Part shown: positions 12,291 through 27,749 of the stretch, piece after piece
How positions within the stretch are numbered: position 1 is the stretch's first letter
Layout of the letters: the number at the start of each line of letters is the position of its first letter
Source: the human T2T-CHM13v2.0 reference genome, Homo sapiens
Strand: one strand, 5' to 3'
Assembly: GCF_009914755.1 (NCBI RefSeq)
Contig: NC_060926.1
DNA length: 64,000 nt
Notes under the pieces: generated by a model
Database searches by the model: none
Told to the model about the DNA's origin: nothing
What the model saw: only the letters and a program-made list of their open reading frames with translations
Position numbers and translations under genes: made by a program

Positions 12291-13505
12291 TCTCTGATGC
12301 CATTCTGCTGTGTTTGTCAGCAGTCACTGTAATTGGAAGTCAAGTTTGCCAAGCAAGGCTGAATCAAATAAGACTTTTTTCTTGCTTTCTAACTGAGAAC
12401 TAGATTGTCTCTTTTGGGGCTGATGCTCCTACTCAATTAAGCTAATGCCATATGATGGGTTTGGCAGAAATTCATTATCTTGGTTGAATGACTGAACCCA
12501 CCATGTTGTGACTCAGAATCCATCAAAGGGCTTGGTCTGGTAGCCCTGTATAAACAATACCTAAAATAAGCTCCTTACAAAAATTTATTTTGCTTTGTGG
12601 AGTCACATAAGGTAAGATGGGAAAGAGACTACTGACTTGTAAAATGTCAAGCTTGAGATAATTAAAATAATTTATTAAATGGGAGTGGTCTCTATTAGAC
12701 ATAAACGGACTCTAATATTTTTTAACCCAGATGCTTGGCTGTAAATCAATTATGATACTAATAATAGCCTAGATGAATAAAAATAACAGATCATTGAAAT
12801 AGAATTTTTATTGCATTTAATAAAAATAAAATATCTTTATATTATTCTGTTATTGTCCTGGGTGTTATGTAATCACATTTTTTCATAATAAAAAGTAAGC
12901 AAACATTAAAAGAGAAATGCACTATTACTATGTTGCAGTCCCCTAAGAGATCTATAATTCAAAATGCGTTTGTCAGGCATTTGATGTAATTCATTTTTTT
13001 CTGCCTGAAGCACAGGCATCTACTTCGAGAAAAACAATAAACTGGGACCCATGAGACTGCTGACACATGGACTTTACTTCCTCTCGTTGTTCTCTCCTTT
13101 AACATCATTTTCATGTTTCACTGGGTCTCTTTCTTCTTTATACCAAATAGTGTGATCCCCTATTTCCTTGGGACTCATTGAGATGTACTGACCTGGCACA
13201 TGAATGCTGCAACAGAACACTCTCATAATGAGTTGAAAGGGGACTTCCCAAAGACCTTATTCAGAAACTGTTTATCCTTCACACCTCCACGCTGAAGGTG
13301 ATCTTCAGTTTGACGTGAGTAGGGTGTTATGCTGGCCCAAAACAGTCTAGAAATACATAAAGTTTGTAATTTAAATTTTGGTAATTGCTCATGTTAAATT
13401 GTCACCTGTGTATTAATTTAAGCCCAAACCTTTCACAGGGCAACAGTAAAAAAGCATCTGAGAAGCAAATATGTTAGTGATCTTCCTTCGTTAAAAGAAC
13501 AATGA

Positions 13506-14007
<502 letters not shown>

Positions 14008-14085
14008 TGAAAACTTCCTTAAATGTTTAACCTCCAACAATGAAATTAACACTTTTTAAATTGTTATCTGTCTTCTGCATTCTTT

Positions 14086-14120
14086 CACACACAACACACA
14101 CACACACACATACACACACA
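14086..14120. repeat. (CA)n microsatellite, imperfect
   Basis: Direct reading. Confidence 0.9.
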
Positions 14121-15019
14121 TATTCTAGGTATTGGAACTATGTCTTGAAGATAAATGAAATACAGCAATACTATATTTTAATCCTCCAAATTTAAGAATT
14201 CCTAAATTACTTATTTTGTCACTACTATTAGGAAAATATTTTAGGTGTAAAGAGCACAGTATACAGGAGCCAAAGAGCAGAACAAAGAGATACCCTTTGA
14301 AACCACAGTAAAAATATTTCTGGAATATTGAATGATTGTAAAACATTACCTGAGCATTTTTCTGTTAATTTTTTAAATAATAAATGATAATAAAAAGCTA
14401 TGAGTTTCAGTCCTTGAACATTTATTTCAAGCCAGACAGTGCAAGAGAAATTCTCAAAGTCCATATTCATATAATAAATTCTCAAAGTCATAAATAGCTA
14501 CAATGTTTAATTGTCTCAATCGAAACATAGTCTTACACAATTGAGCTGATTCCCCACAATTGGTATGGTGGAATACATTTAATGAATTGTATGATTGAAT
14601 TTATCACTCACATTATCAAAATTGATTTCCATCAAGATAGTTGAACCAGTAGCTTTGTGTACTGACACTGCCAAAGTATACATTTATTAAGTTGTTCTCA
14701 CCCTGTAAAACCCACCATCTCATTCACCACCTCGTAACAACTCCATGAGGCTAGCAGTAGTATTTCATTTGTGTCTGTCTGTCTGTCTGTCTGAGACAGT
14801 CTTGAAGAAGTGATGTAACTCATGTGCAAACATCTCTCCTTCCATGTCACTCCTATGGTGATGATTCTTTCAGTCTCTGCCAGCAAAACTTTTCTCAGTC
14901 AAGCTAGATCACTGAGGGGTGTGGTGAGCAGCATTGCTATAGAATAGCCAGCTCAGCCAAACCAGGAAGGAGTGAGACACTTCTATTTCTGACTATATAT
15001 ACCCTCTCTCTAACCTACC

Positions 15020-16010
15020 CACATTCATCCATTGATTAATTAACTCTTTTATTATTTTTATTAACATTGACTGAGTATCTTCTATGTGTCAGACCCTGTT
15101 AGCTTCTGGGGTTCCAATGATATATAAAATGCAATTCTTGCTTTCAAGTTGACTGGAGATGAGTGGCTGAAATAGACAAACAGACCTGCACATAATTAAG
15201 TGGGTGAGCAAAACGCCATCATAATAATAAGCCCATGAGCAAGAGAAAAAGCCTATAAACCGATGATAAGAAGTATGTTTTGTCTGAGATGTAAACTAAA
15301 GGAGAACTGGGATTGTAAAAGGCTTTAAACATAGAGAGCACAGTGTACAATGGCCAAAGAGCAGAAGAAAACAAGGCACACCCTACCCTGCACGTTGGTC
15401 TGTGTACCTGCCTGTAATTGGAGGTGAGAAACAGTGAAGTAACATCAGATTTTCATTTAAGACTAATCACTCTGGCTACAACTTGGCTAATGGATCAGAA
15501 ACTGCAAAGCCTGAGATCATGAAAATTAGAATGATTTGAGGTAGTTCACTTAGTAGGTGATGTGAGCTGAACTAAAGTAGAGGTAGTGTGACTAAGAGAA
15601 GAAGAACCTTAAATATTAACAGCTATAATGATTAATACAGGAAGTGGTGGTTGATTTCAGTAAACGATCAAGCAAGGATGCATCTCCAGTTTCCAGATCA
15701 CGGGACGACTGTTCTCAGCCTGTAAATTCCATCCGTTTGATAACTAGAACTCATAATAATGAGTAAAAGGAGGGAAGAGTTGCAGGTTGTGTGAAGTATG
15801 TATAGATGTTGAGAAGTGGCTGGAAGGAAGACATTCAAAAGTTCTCTGAACACATTGAGTATGAAGTGCTCATGAGATATCTACGAGATGTTGAATCACC
15901 AATTGCACGTTGAGGTCTTGAGCTCAGGAGAGAACTGTAAATGTCAGCAGCTTATAGGTTGTAGTTGAAACCAGAGGAATAGATAACCTTGCCCAAGGAG
16001 ACTGTGTGTA
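15020..16010 (-). mobile_element. L2 LINE relic (3' region)
   Basis: 'cattcatccatt...actgagtatcttctatgtgtcagaccctg', 'aatcactctggctaca', 'tgagctcaggagaga...gtcagcagcttataggttgtagttgaaacc'. Confidence 0.7.
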
Positions 16011-16381
16011 TGAGTGGTTTTAATTCTATTCTAATCAATACTAAAAACTAACCCAGAGAAATGTATCTACATCTACCTATATTAAATTTTATGATAAAAA
16101 ATTCAGAGATCAAGTTAAAATAAAGAAAAAAATTGTTCTAATTATCAAAAAATAATAATATGAGTAAACAATTCCATTGATGTAATGATGTCAAAAAACA
16201 AATACAAAGGGTTGAAAGACAGTCGGAGATGAGAGTATTTTTTCCATATTTCACACAATTGGTCTGGCCTTCATGATCAAATCCAAGGTCACTTCTTTCT
16301 TTCATCACCTCAAACGTTTCTGACACAGAGCTCAGTGCACAAGAAAAAATCACTTGTGGTATCAGAATAGATGTTGGAATT

Positions 16382-16930
<549 letters not shown>

Positions 16931-18169
16931 TGTGAATGCCATCCTTTACCAGTCAAGGTATGGATGTGTGTGTGTGTGCAGGTGCCTGCATGTACACTCA
17001 CTCATGTGTTTATTCTCTTTATTGCAGTTATTTTATGTTATTGCAATGGAGGTATAAAGATTAATATTTTACTTACATGTTGGATCATAATTTCTAAGCA
17101 AATACCCACATTGTAAAAAGAAGGAAAATATGCTATACCCCCAGGCAGTATTAATAATATCCTATGTTGTTACTGAAATTGTGCTACTTAATGAACAAAT
17201 AAATGGATTTTATTCCTTCCTCTGGGCCTTTCTCCAATTGTTCTCAAGACTCAAACTTGAGGTACAATTACCAGTGGCTAGAAATGTCATGAAACTCATA
17301 AACAATGACTGTGCTCATGTATGGAAGAATTTCTGCAAACAGCCTCACCATTCTCCAGATCATCTGGGGCTGGAGTGTCTGGTAGCTTCCATCCAACTGT
17401 CACTTGTTCATCACTGACATCTGTCCACTTTCCTCTATTTGCTAACTATGATGATTCACTAGTTTAGGCCTAAGTTTTCCCACAGGTGCGAGACTACAAA
17501 TGTCTTTCAAGAGGTTCCTCTTTACAAAATACGGTTCTCAGTCCTAAAAACCCAATACCTTCTTTTATAACACATGCTTTTATTTATAAACTATAATATT
17601 GTACTCTAACTTAAGTGCATGTGATTTTAAAAGAAAAATCATTTGAATTTCATATTTTTAACAGAAGATAAAACTATATATATGTATATTTATTTCAGCA
17701 TGCAAATACTGAGGCAAGACTACACTAGAACACATGATTAAATGGTCAAATGCCAGGATTCCCTTGTCTTGTATTGGTGACTTAAATAATAACTGTTGCT
17801 GATAAGATTTCCTGAAATAGTAGACATCTCTTGGTAAAGTTATGCATAAAATAATATATATTTGCCCCTCAATTTACCAAGTATGTATCAGAAGCATTTC
17901 TGTGTATACATATAAAATAGAATTAGGTTCTAAGCTCAAATAGTTATAAAGTTGTTTTCAGCTACATGAATTTCTACTAGGACATGGCAAATTTAAGTGT
18001 GCGGAAAAGACTGTTCATCAAAAAAATATATATATAAATTTTTTTCTGGGAGCAAAGCTAGACAAATTCCCTGGCCTCACTTGCAGTCTAAGTAATAAAA
18101 TAAAGCAGAAATCAGGTCTGCCATTTTTAGCCAAGTCTTTTAAGAAACACTGTTATGTCTTTTATATCA

Positions 18170-18630
18170 ACCACACTCCTTGTCTGAAATAAATGATAGG
18201 CTCACATTGAGTCATTTAAGAAGAGTTTAATAACATGATTATAAAAGTGAAGTCAGGATATAAGGATGCCATAAAGGATAGTGCAACTCCCAGGACTAAT
18301 AGCAGGGAGGTCTTTGAACTCCCTAAGCCTGGAAGAACATGAGGAGGATACAGATACTAGAAACACAGAGACAGAGAGGCCTATAGAGGGGAATATCTGC
18401 CAGGAGATAGAACCTTCAGCTGTGGACACAGCCAGCAGGCAGCAACTCCACTGGGAAGGGAATCAGTAATCCAATCTCTCTCCTCCGTCCCACTTATTGC
18501 TTGCTCATATTCCCTATTGGCCGAGCCCAAATTCAGCCTAGTGGTGAGACAGGACCATTGGTGCAGGTCTCTTGGGGCATAGAGCAGCCCGAAGAAGAAT
18601 AAAGAGGAGTGTCAGAAAAATGTCAGCACA
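18170..18630 (-). mobile_element. LTR33-like ERVL LTR
   Basis: 'ccctattggccgagcccaa...ggggcatagagcag...aaaatgtcagcaca' and 'gaagagtttaataa' match recalled LTR33. Confidence 0.7.
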
Positions 18631-18692
18631 TTCCTCTGAAGCACATTTCCACTCTCATTGCCTGGCTTCAGTCAAGAATGATTGCTCTAGGG

Positions 18693-18876
18693 TAGTGGTT
18701 CTAGAACTTGCTCCCAGAGCAGCAGCTTCTCGCTTGGGGAAATTCTTAGAAATGTAAATTCTTCAGCCCCACTGCAGCCTTACTTAATCAGAATATGTGA
18801 AGGTAGGACCCAGATTCTTGTGTTTTAACAAGCCATTCAGATAATCCTAATGCATGCTAACCTTTGAGAACCAATG
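18693..18876. mobile_element. MER5A (hAT-Charlie) DNA transposon
   Basis: TIRs 'tagtggttct' / 'gagaaccaatg'; 8-bp TSD ctctaggg / ctctagga; internal 'ttagaaatgtaaattct...tgtgttttaacaagcc'. Confidence 0.9.
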
Positions 18877-18884
18877 CTCTAGGA

Positions 18885-19050
18885 AGGTGGGAGCCTTGGT
18901 TGAGAGGGTCCCGGAAGAAGGAAAATTATCAGTCAAAGAGCCTCCGTCATAGACTGTTGTGTGATGTGCAAATAAACTTACATTGTGTTGAGTCATTGCA
19001 CAATTTTGTGTCTATAGTTTCTGAAGTCTATTCCCATCCTAAATAATACA
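18885..19050 (+). mobile_element. Old MLT1 (MLT1J-like) LTR 3' fragment
   Basis: 'aaataaacttacattgtgttgagtcattgcac...taaataataca' is a MaLR 3' end. Confidence 0.55.
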
Positions 19051-19269
19051 AAGGTATTATTTTTTCTATATGAGCATCCCCCTCAGGTTGCTGGACATCT
19101 GGAATGCTGGGTTTTTGCTAATCCTGAGGGAACAACCCCTAATCTCAGTCGATTGGACCGACACTACTTTCATGGGTAATAATTTTTTCAGAGACTGAGC
19201 AGAACAGAGTCTGTATATTTTAGCAGAGATAGTTTGGAGAAGGTTTAGCAGAGAGGTTAAGATTAGAAC

Positions 19270-20835
19270 ATCTTTGACTTCCTACCACTGTATCTACTAA
19301 CCTGCTCGCATCTTTCCCCATATATTCTGCCTTTTCTCTCATTGCACTGTGAGAAATATGCGTGTTTCTTTCTAAACTTCTGTCTATTATCTATTTGGTA
19401 ATCCTCTGGATTCCACGCCAGACTCTGACTATTCAAAGTTTTAACGTTTACAGATATATTCTATCTTTCCTGCATGGCCAGTGTAGTTAGATGGCCAAGC
19501 CCCAAGGCAAGAGAAAGAGATGAGTACTTTGCCTACTTTACTTGGAGACATAGCAAAAGATATGAGTATGTGATCTAATTACAAAGGGCAAATAGAGAGC
19601 TGCAAATAATTCAGTCTTTCCCAGGTAATATACAGTCATGTAACAGTATTTTTATAGGTTAAAGAAAATGACCAGGAATGTCAACAAGACCACCCATACA
19701 CCCCAAGTGGCCACATTGGCTGATTAATTCCTAATCATATCTTACTTGATGTCATATTTTTTTTTTACAGTTGATCATTCCTACTTCTTGAAAATTCTTG
19801 TTCTCCAGGCTTCTGGAACACCATACCTCTTGTTATACTACCACCCTACTGTTTTTTTTTCTCTCATGTATTTTGCATTTTGCAAATTCTCCATTTTTTC
19901 CCCAGTTTTGGGACCCTTGACTTTTATATCCATTTTCTTTCCCTAAGAGCTCTCATTCATTCAGCCACATGGCTGTAAGTGCAGTCGGTGTTTTGATGAC
20001 CTTACATTACGTGTCTCTAGCTCGTCCCCTGTGCTCCAGAAAGACTGGCTGCTTGCCTGGCATCTCCATCTGGATGTCTAATAGGGATCTGACCTTCAAC
20101 AAAACTGCTGTTTCCTCATTCACAAGTTCTCTTTTGTCTTTCTGTCTTTTCTGTTGGCATCACCATCTACCCAATAATTCAAGACAAAACCTAGGCATCC
20201 TCCTCTCATGTTTTTTTTTTTCTTGTTTTTTTTTCCCCCTCGCCATCTCCATATCCAATCTAACAAATTCAGTACAACTCCCTCTAGTGTATTTCCTGGG
20301 TTGGCAATTTTCTCATCACCCTCACTGCTAGCAACTTGGCTCCTGCAAGTTTTCCTTATGTTTCCTTCTCTCTAACTCTAGCCTTCCTCCAACCCCCATG
20401 ACCCTCAAGTTTACTGCATGCATTTGTACTTCGGGGTGAGCAGCACCATAGTTTGCAGACTGCTTGTTCTTCCTTCTTCCTGGAACACTTTCTCAATGAT
20501 CTGTATGTTACCAGCTCCTTTATAGCACTGAACTCTCAGTCCCTTAGGGAGCTTCCTTGACCATGGCAGCGGAAGCAGCTCCCTCCCTACCCCATCTACA
20601 GGAGACATTCTGTCTTATTATCCTTTGCATTTTTCCCGGGGTACTTCTCATTAACTGGCATTATTATTTATTTGTTTACACTTTGATCATCTATCTTTTC
20701 TCACAAAAATATATTCTGGATGATGACACGGGCTATTTATTTTCTTGTTATCCTCCTACTTGCTCCCCCAATAATTATGTCAGAGTCTAGTAAATCACAG
20801 ATAGTAAATACATAGCTATTGAATTAGTGAAATAA
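19270..20835 (+). mobile_element. L2a-like LINE relic, with a probable MLT1 fragment at ~19480-19625
   Basis: 'gttgatcattcctacttcttgaaa', 'gcatctccatctggatgtctaatagg', 'caaaacctaggcatcctcct', 3' end 'tattgaattagtgaaat'. Confidence 0.8.
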
Positions 20836-21659
20836 GAATTTGTGTTTCTATTTTAAACACCGACCCCATATAAGGAAGTTGGTTGAATTGGCCAGAGTTC
20901 CAAAGCAAGAGAAGAATGGAAACTACTATCTTTTTTGTCTTCCAACTATTCTAAGCCATGCTGCTATATTAAGCAGTTTTAAGGTGGTAAGCACATTTCA
21001 CGGTGGTGTAATAATATTTTTTCTTACTTTATCTGATCAACCATTAATTTTTCTGAAAAATATTTTGTGTGTTAATGTATTGCAATTTCTCTGAGTGGTA
21101 CAGCATAGGCTTGAAATTGTAATTAAATGGACCAGACTTTAGCAAAATAATACTTGGATCAGCAAAAATTCTCCATGTTAACTGTAATCACAGAGTGTGA
21201 AGCTGTGAATTTGCCAAAATACAAATTTATTGTGGTATCGTGTATTGTGGGGATTAGCATGCCAATCAAATCAGCAGCGAAGAACCATACAGCTTGATTG
21301 GTTTATTATCAGAAAAATTAATATATATGCAGGTGCTTTGTTCATTAGAGATTGTGGAGAATAAGAATAAACAAGGTCACTATCACTGAAAAGTGTAGGA
21401 ACAATAACAAAGACAACAAAACAAATAGAAAAATGCTCTCTTGAACTTTTGTTCTTTTTCCATCTATATGCACTATAGACGTATCATTTGATCATTATTC
21501 CTTCCTGCCAAAGAAGGAAACCCAGATTTGTTGAATGCCTCTTATGTAAGATTTTATACAAATGATTATTTGAAATCACATTATTCTATTTATCAGAAAG
21601 TCAGTGAGGTAGCTAGTAACTGAACTCAATTTTATTTCTAAACAGCAGCAGTAAAACAA

Positions 21660-21875
21660 TAACTACAACCTCTAGCATGTATTATTATGAACTCAGCACT
21701 GTGCAAAGCATTTTACATGCATAATTTAATCCTCGTAATGAGCACATAAGATATATTTTAGTACTTTCCTGAGAAAACTAAGATTTTTCAATGTTAAGTT
21801 CTTTGCCCAAGTAACCAAGGTCCAGGTTTCAAACCCAGGTTCATCTGAAACCAAGGACTGTGGTGCTTATAATTA
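21660..21875 (-). mobile_element. MIR relic
   Basis: 'gcactgtgcaaagcattttacatgcataatttaatcctc...ttgcccaag...ccaggtttcaaacccagg'. Confidence 0.75.
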
Positions 21876-24730
21876 AGCTGCTTCCAGGAGTCTACGCTCT
21901 TCCCGCAATGCTACCCTGGCAATAATATCATGAGAACACTTTGCCCAATTCTGGTCCTTTTCTCTGAGGTCTAGTTTCTAACGTTTTCTGCATTTGGGTG
22001 GCCGGTGAATGGAGCGGGTTTATCAAATCATTTGAAACGGTTCAGATCAGTGATCTAGAGTTGGTTGAGTACAGTGGGAGAAGAGAAATAGGAAAAAGCT
22101 GCTGAGTATAGAGTATAGCAGAAAGTGGTGTCAGACAGGCAGCGGGTGATCAGAACTTGTGTTTTGACAAAATGCTACTAAGAGTGTTGAGCTAGCTAAA
22201 ATTCTAAAATTTGCTTTTTGCTTTGATGGAACACATTCATTTATAGAAATAAGAGTTTGAGAAATGTCATCTGGATAAATGTGTTTCAGTCCTGGAAATA
22301 CAGTATGGAACAAAATATATAAATATATACAGTACTTTCCTTATCCTTAAACTTGAGCTTACTAGGGAGCAAAGCTAAGTGATACTGTGATTAATGTAAA
22401 AAAAAATTCAAATTAGTATTTTCAAATTGATGTTGAAAATAATAGTCCAGAAAAATGATTAACTATTAGCTTTTCATTTTACATGAGATATCAGATGTCA
22501 GAAGGAACCAGTGACCAAATTATGAGGGCCCGGGGAAGAAGAGATGGTACAGCTTTTTAAAATCTGATCATGGAGCTTCCAAGTCTTCATTTTGAATACC
22601 ATTTACCCAATTTTTAGGGATTGGTAAGACTTGTCTTGGGATAACTCAGGCAATTCAGTCAAGCCCACTTCTAAATCCCAAGCAATTCTATTCATCTATT
22701 ACAAACATATGTCCAGCATGATTTCCCTCAATCTGGTAGATTCAAAATAAGGACTTCTAATAAATCTTAGCTCACAATGCATTTGTAATTAGATTGGAGA
22801 AGCAATGCATATATATGAAACAGCATTATGGATATATGAAAGGACTTTGAGATAGCTGATAAAGTTGTCAATCAACACTTGTAATATGTGTTCTAAAACA
22901 GTATTTCTAATACTAAAAATTCATTCTTTAATTAACATGTTCACATATTTCATATTCTTGCTGACATTTGAATATTTTATAATCTATGTCTATGAGAAAG
23001 TATAATTAACGTGCCATATCAAAACAGTTGCGCCTTCAAATTATTATTGTTTGATTCTTGACATTTTTAAAGTCTAAATATAGTCATAGAATGCCCTTCA
23101 ATATGGAAATGTCTTCCTTACAGCAAATCTGGCTTTTATTTACATTGTGGCAGAAACCCAATTTTTTGATAAAATTATTTCCACCAAAGGTTGAGAATCA
23201 TTGTCATGGCTTTTTATATCTGCTAAAAAACAGCAAAAAATATTCAAAAGAAAGTAATAGGTCACTGTGAAATAGAATTATTAGGAAGTAAGGCTCAGCA
23301 CTGTTGAGTAATTTGATGGAGGTCTTAGAGATACTAATGGTAGAATGGGAAATTGAATGCATATCTAGCTGAGACTTTGTATATTCTAATAAACACATGT
23401 CATAGAACCACTTTCCTAAGAAGGACAGGGTGGGATTCAGATAAAAAGAGAAGAAGAAAAAACATTCACACACCAATACAACATGTTCCTGAGGTGGAAA
23501 TGATGAAGACAGGAGAGAGAAGGAAGACATGGGTGGGCCGAGGAGTGAAAGTTATGGTGAGAAGAAGATGAATGTTGGTGTGATCTCCTCAATGGAGAAC
23601 TCTGTCATTTGGGGTTTTTGGAAAAGAGTCAAACTTATTCAGACAAGAAAAAAATAAAAACATAACAAGTTTGAATCCCTTTACCAGGATGGTGATAATA
23701 TGAAAGTGGGATCTGCCTGAATGCACCTGCAGAGTTTCCACCCAACTGTTTGCATGAGAAAGAGACAAGCCTTGGAGAGGCTCAATCTTTTGGGGCAGGA
23801 GCTACACAAAGCTTTATTTAAGGACAGGAGTAAAGAGAAAACTGATAAAATGATCCATTGGAATTGGAGATGGATTGGCTATTGAGGAAAGGAGGAGATT
23901 AAGTCAAAAGCTGTTCTGGAGAGTGGGTGCTTGGAGATCTGGAGGAATAATGTACGCAGTGACTAAAAGTGTGTCCTTTAAGGAAAGTCAATCCACACAC
24001 AGAAAAGTAATAATTTTCCCATGGCCAGATACAGAAAAGCAATGAGTCGACCTGATCTGGCATTCTTGTGAGGAAAGTCATCCTTCAATATATATATTTG
24101 TACATTTTTTTCTTGAATCCTGAATTGCTTTTGATCTAAGGGTCGCATCTTGGTCCTGTGATTTAGCTTTGCAAAATAGCTTGATTGTTAGAATAAAGGC
24201 AATGTACAAGATATAATCATTACTATAATTTTAAATGCATAAGTTATAAATAATTGATGGCTGTTATTTATTCATCATTGAATTAGAAATTCATATTGAA
24301 GTTAAGTGAGCTTCCTGAAAGAGAATTTCTATTCTCGTGCCAGCTGAAGATATTTGGAAAATCACAAGAGCTTATGACTGACTGATTGTCTTAATATTCA
24401 TAAAATGGCCAAACTGTGTTTGATATCCTCTAGATTACATTAAAATGGAACACCAGCAATATTAACAAAACAACTAACATAAAACATACACTTTTTTGGT
24501 TGGGTGATGCCAGATGTCAAGGAACAGTGAGTTGCATTTAAATCTAAAAATACATATTGAGGCCCAAATACTGACATTTCGTAGCAACAAACCCCTCAAA
24601 CCACTACATGGATCCTGAAAACTCTAAGCAAATGCATATTCTTTATTATTTGTTTGGAACTTGACCCATATCTATATCTAAACTCTAAATCTATTGAACA
24701 AAATCAGGCACTATAGAAAACTCCATCTGA

Positions 24731-24920
24731 ATAACCTATTGTACATTTCAAAATAGCTAGAAGAGAATAATTTGAATGTTTCTGGCATTAAAAAAGACAT
24801 ATTTTTAAGGTGATGGGCATCCTAAGTATGCTGAGCTGATCTTTACAAATTATATGAGTGTATTTAACTATCACACAAACTCCAAAACTATGTACACCTA
24901 TTATGCAGAAATAAAAAGAA
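24731..24920 (+). mobile_element. L1MA (L1MA5-like) 3' end
   Basis: 'tattgtacatttcaaaatagctagaagagaataatttgaatgtt...aaggtgatgg...tgatctttacaaattatatg...tatgtacacctattatg...aataaaaa'. Confidence 0.85.
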
Positions 24921-25774
24921 AGTTCATTCTTGTTTTATTATTTTGTCCCTTTAACCCTGAAATATAAAAGCCAGCCAGACCTGAGATTTTTCCTTTTACA
25001 CTATTTGCTGATACCACCCACTGTGTCACTCCATAAACAAAGAAAGAGGAAAGTACCAAGAAAGTTTTTCTTGACACACTCAAGCTTAGTAGTTAAAAGC
25101 ATGAGCAATGGAGTTAGGATGTACAGGAAGAAATCCTTGTCTCACCATTAATTCACTGAATTACTGAGAAAGTCATTAAAACCTTGGTTTTCTTGTTTGC
25201 TGAATGGAGCTGGTGACAGTGCCAGTGTGACATGGTTGTGGGTACAGTCAAGGGTGTGCAAATGGGAGCCCAACACTTAGAAATACTAGTGTTATTATTG
25301 CCAAAAAATGTATTTTTGTATTGTTACAGCTGCACATGTGCTTTTTGTTCACCCAAGGACAGGCATAATTTTTCCTTGCCCATTTCTTTCTGGTCTGCAG
25401 CAAGGGTTCTCTTAGTATTCCTGACCTCCTAAATATAAGAGAATAAAATAACAAGAGATAAATTTTGAGAAACAAGAGAACTCTAACATATTCCAAATCT
25501 GGTTCTAAACAATGAGAACTCTTCAAGGCATTGGACAGTGAATTTACTAAATTCACTTATGAGAAGTCCTCCTATAGGGGTAAGGCTGGGAGAGGAGAAG
25601 CTTTGAAGAAGTATTCTGAGGTTAAAAGACATCCAAAAGTGGGTGCAGGGGGTTGTTATTTCAGCTGTGATTTGGCTTGGACATCTTCCCAAGACAAAAA
25701 GAGATGGGCTGAAAATCGTTTGTTAAGCAGGAGAGGAAAGACTGTATAGGTAAGAAACATAAAGTGTAGCGCAG

Positions 25775-25955
25775 AGTGATGGTTCTCAAACATGAATGTG
25801 CATAATTAATTAATTACCACAAAAGCGTGTTTAAACAGTTTCCTATGCCCTACCTCCAGATTCTGATGCATAAGGTAAGAATCATGAATTTGCATTTTTA
25901 ATAAGCCTCCTGGTAATACAAACAGGCCTGTCATTTACCCTTTCAGAACCACTCA
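25775..25955. mobile_element. MER5-type hAT element
   Basis: TIRs 'tggttctcaaac' / 'ttcagaaccact'; internal 'aatttgcattttaataagcctcctggtaat'. Confidence 0.75.
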
Positions 25956-26129
25956 AATAGAAGAAAAGAAAAATCACCCACGTGTTCTAGAATCACCCAT
26001 TCTCCAATTTTTCTGCTTCCATAGTTTACCAATGTTCCTGATTGATCATATGCCAGACACTTGAAATTAAGGAAGGTAAATCAAGGCCACAAATATCTTT
26101 CGTGTAGAGGAATTTTTTAGGATAGTAAC

Positions 26130-26370
26130 AACAATAAGATCAATAACTACCATTTATTTTGTTCCCACCTCTTTATATACATCAAAACTAATATATATAG
26201 TAGTATAACAAAAGTATTAAGAACATCATTTTGGAAGAGAAAAAATGAGATGCAGATAGTTTATGTCATCTCTCCAAAGTAATACAGCAAATGAATAAAT
26301 GTAGGAGACAGGATTCAAGCTGATGCTTTTCTGATATTAAAGCCTATTCTTTCAGTGTGATGTATCAACT
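26130..26370 (-). mobile_element. MIR relic
   Basis: 'taactaccatttatt...catttt...tctccaaagtaatacagc...caggattcaagc'. Confidence 0.6.
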
Positions 26371-26599
26371 CCAAAAAGGAGTAGTTATCAACTGGTCATA
26401 CTAGACGTTAGCTTAGCAAAGAGGAAATCAAGCATTAAACAGATAAAGCAGTCATGGTTATAGACAACTTCTCATTAAATCTTACAGTGTTTGGCCTTTA
26501 CAAACATTTTTATTTCTCTACAAATCTCATGAGAAGGTGTCATAACCTGAAGAAGGATTATAATTCATTTTTATACTATGAAGTGTGATATAGAAAATG

Positions 26600-27030
26600 G
26601 TGTCACCCTGGTTCAGAGCTCTAAAATCTAGTCAGGAAGCCATTCGAAGAAGAACTACCTGCACATCCTGCAACCTTGCAAAAAGAAACAAAGCAAAACA
26701 AAAAAAATGCAAGAACTTGCCTGGAACCTTTGAACTGGGTCAAAGTGCAATGACCAGAACATCCTGGAAAACAGCGGAATTTCACCAATGCTGCAACTCC
26801 TGAACAGTGACAAAAAATGATCTATGGATTCATGTACTAAGTCAGCCACCTCCACCTGTGACAATTTCTTCAAGAAAATTTATGTAATCACCCTCAGTGC
26901 ACTTTTAAAATTCCCTACTCCCTTCCACCTCTCTGGACACGGTTTACCCTTTACTGTAATTTGTGTCTATGTAATTATAATTCCTAAGACCCCCCCGCCA
27001 AAACACCTTATCTTACTGCTTTGCAATCTT
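26600..27030 (+). mobile_element. Possible old ERV1-type LTR
   Basis: LTR-like organisation ('gaacttgcctggaacctttgaactggg...cttttaaaattccctactcc...aattcctaagacccc'); family not recognised. Confidence 0.35.
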
Positions 27031-27749
27031 GTCTTTCCCCTCTTTTTGTTGAAAACATTTTTTTTTCATGTGTGTTTGTGTGTTTGTCTAGATACTTTAT
27101 AAACTACCCTACCATTCCTCTGTATTTGCTTCTAAATGTGTGGTGTATATGTATATGTACAAATTTTCTGGGTAAGGTACAAAAATTCATAAGATATTTA
27201 ATTTACTATTTTAAATCCAACATTCATGTATTTCCAACTATACGTTTATTTGATAGTGTATAGAAAAAGCTTTTGGACATTTCTATTTTCCAACTTTTCC
27301 TGTAGACATTTTGAGAGAGTTAAGTCAAGTCATTAAATTGTGCTTTCTTTCCCCACAGCTAAATAAAGTTCCTTTACTTTTCTGTTTTAAATCCACATCT
27401 CATTCCTATAAAGCATGAATTCATGAGTCTTCTTTTCAAGAGAGTGACTGGCACGTACAAGGGACTTAATAACCATGTTTTACTGAGTTACCAAGCAACT
27501 GCCTCAACCCAGTTAATACCAGCAATGAAAGAAAAGAGATCCATTACTTGTTTACAGACGAAAGTCAAGACCAATTTGATGATGACTTTGAAAATTTCCA
27601 AGGGGGAATAATATGTGCCAACTGATGAAAAAGGAGGAGAGAAGAAAGGAAATAAAGATAAGAGAGGGGAACAGGGAGAGAAAAATTCACCTTATTCTGC
27701 TTATGGTAATTAGCAGGATTTATTTATAAAGTAAAAAGCATATTGGAAA

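Noticed and set aside
17530-18015. Possible hAT-Charlie remnant (also ~37230-37520)
   Set aside because: Only weak TIR-like ends are visible and I could not assign a family with enough confidence to list it.
19969-20331. 120-aa ORF
   Set aside because: It lies inside an L2 relic, has low-complexity F/S/L composition and no recognisable domain.
27340-27362. Strong-looking splice acceptors (tttctttccccacag here; ttttttcttcag near 60857)
   Set aside because: No convincing exon with an open frame and matching donor follows; such motifs arise often by chance. RNA-seq would be needed.
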